Source: Azolla caroliniana
Lineage: Eukaryota > Plantae > Polypodiophyta
NCBI GenBank assembly: GCA_043228905.1
Contig: JBHGNT010000006.1
Location: forward strand, 19,530,001-19,594,000
DNA: 64,000 nucleotides
Direction: 5' to 3'
A program made the position numbers and the translations under genes. The notes beneath the pieces are model-generated. The model searched no databases. It saw only the letters and a list, made by a program, of their open reading frames with translations, and had not been told where the DNA came from. Position 1 is the first letter of the stretch; each line of letters starts with the position of its first letter. This document shows, in pieces, positions 63,567 through 64,000 of the stretch.

Positions 63567-64000
63567 TGTACGGAGAGCCAAGTGTGATGAGCGAGGGTCG
63601 AATGTTATCATAATGTTGTTGTGTATGTGTAGGGGGCATAAATGTAATTGTGAGTCGATACGTATGTGAACACATGCACACGTGTGTGCATGTGGATGGA
63701 TACAAGGAGGTATGAGTGAGTGTCCAGTATGAATGCTCTAGGGGGCTTACACCCCTTTGTATCTACCCCCTCTTGTACTATTTAACCCCCTTATGGGGAA
63801 TGAATGATGAATGAACATTTTCTCTCTCAATCTCTCTCTCTTGTCATCTCTCTTTCTCTCTCTCTCCCCCTCAACGTTGAATCCCCTTGGGAGGGGGGTG
63901 GAGCCATTCTAGGCACCACCCCCCACCCCGCAATGCTTCTCAATGCACATGATCTCTCTCGCCATCAATCCATACTCTCCATCATCATCATAACCACCAT
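63567..64000. mobile_element. Probable start of another LTR or repeat interrupting the gypsy element
   Basis: Abrupt loss of coding character; TG start; TATA-like CTATTTAA followed by CT-rich tract. No second copy in the window. Confidence 0.35.

Overview
Eukaryotic land-plant genomic DNA; a non-seed plant such as a fern or bryophyte is likely, inferred from the retroelement types only. A central gene island (about 19-31 kb) holds two host kinase genes on the + strand: a 6-exon CRCK-like receptor-like cytoplasmic kinase and a 2-exon AGCVIII (OXI1/UNICORN-like) kinase. Both flanks are dense nests of Ty1/copia and Ty3/gypsy LTR retrotransposons, many with resolvable LTRs, PBS, PPT and TSDs, including a five-level copia nest at 32-52 kb. 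The best candidate for something undescribed is a tRNA-Trp-primed gypsy group with 4-bp TSDs. Its otherwise divergent LTRs share an antisense tRNA-like Pol III A/B-box cassette, and it includes a very young pol-less member whose single intact ORF is a Gag N-terminus plus acidic and basic repeat arrays. Other oddities: seven tandem copies of a splice acceptor in the AGC kinase intron, a ~166-aa insertion in that kinase's N-lobe, a 284-bp-arm LTR inverted repeat, a three-LTR copia, and a small-LTR gypsy that looks atypical for plants. All alignments were done by eye, so coordinates may be off by a few bases.
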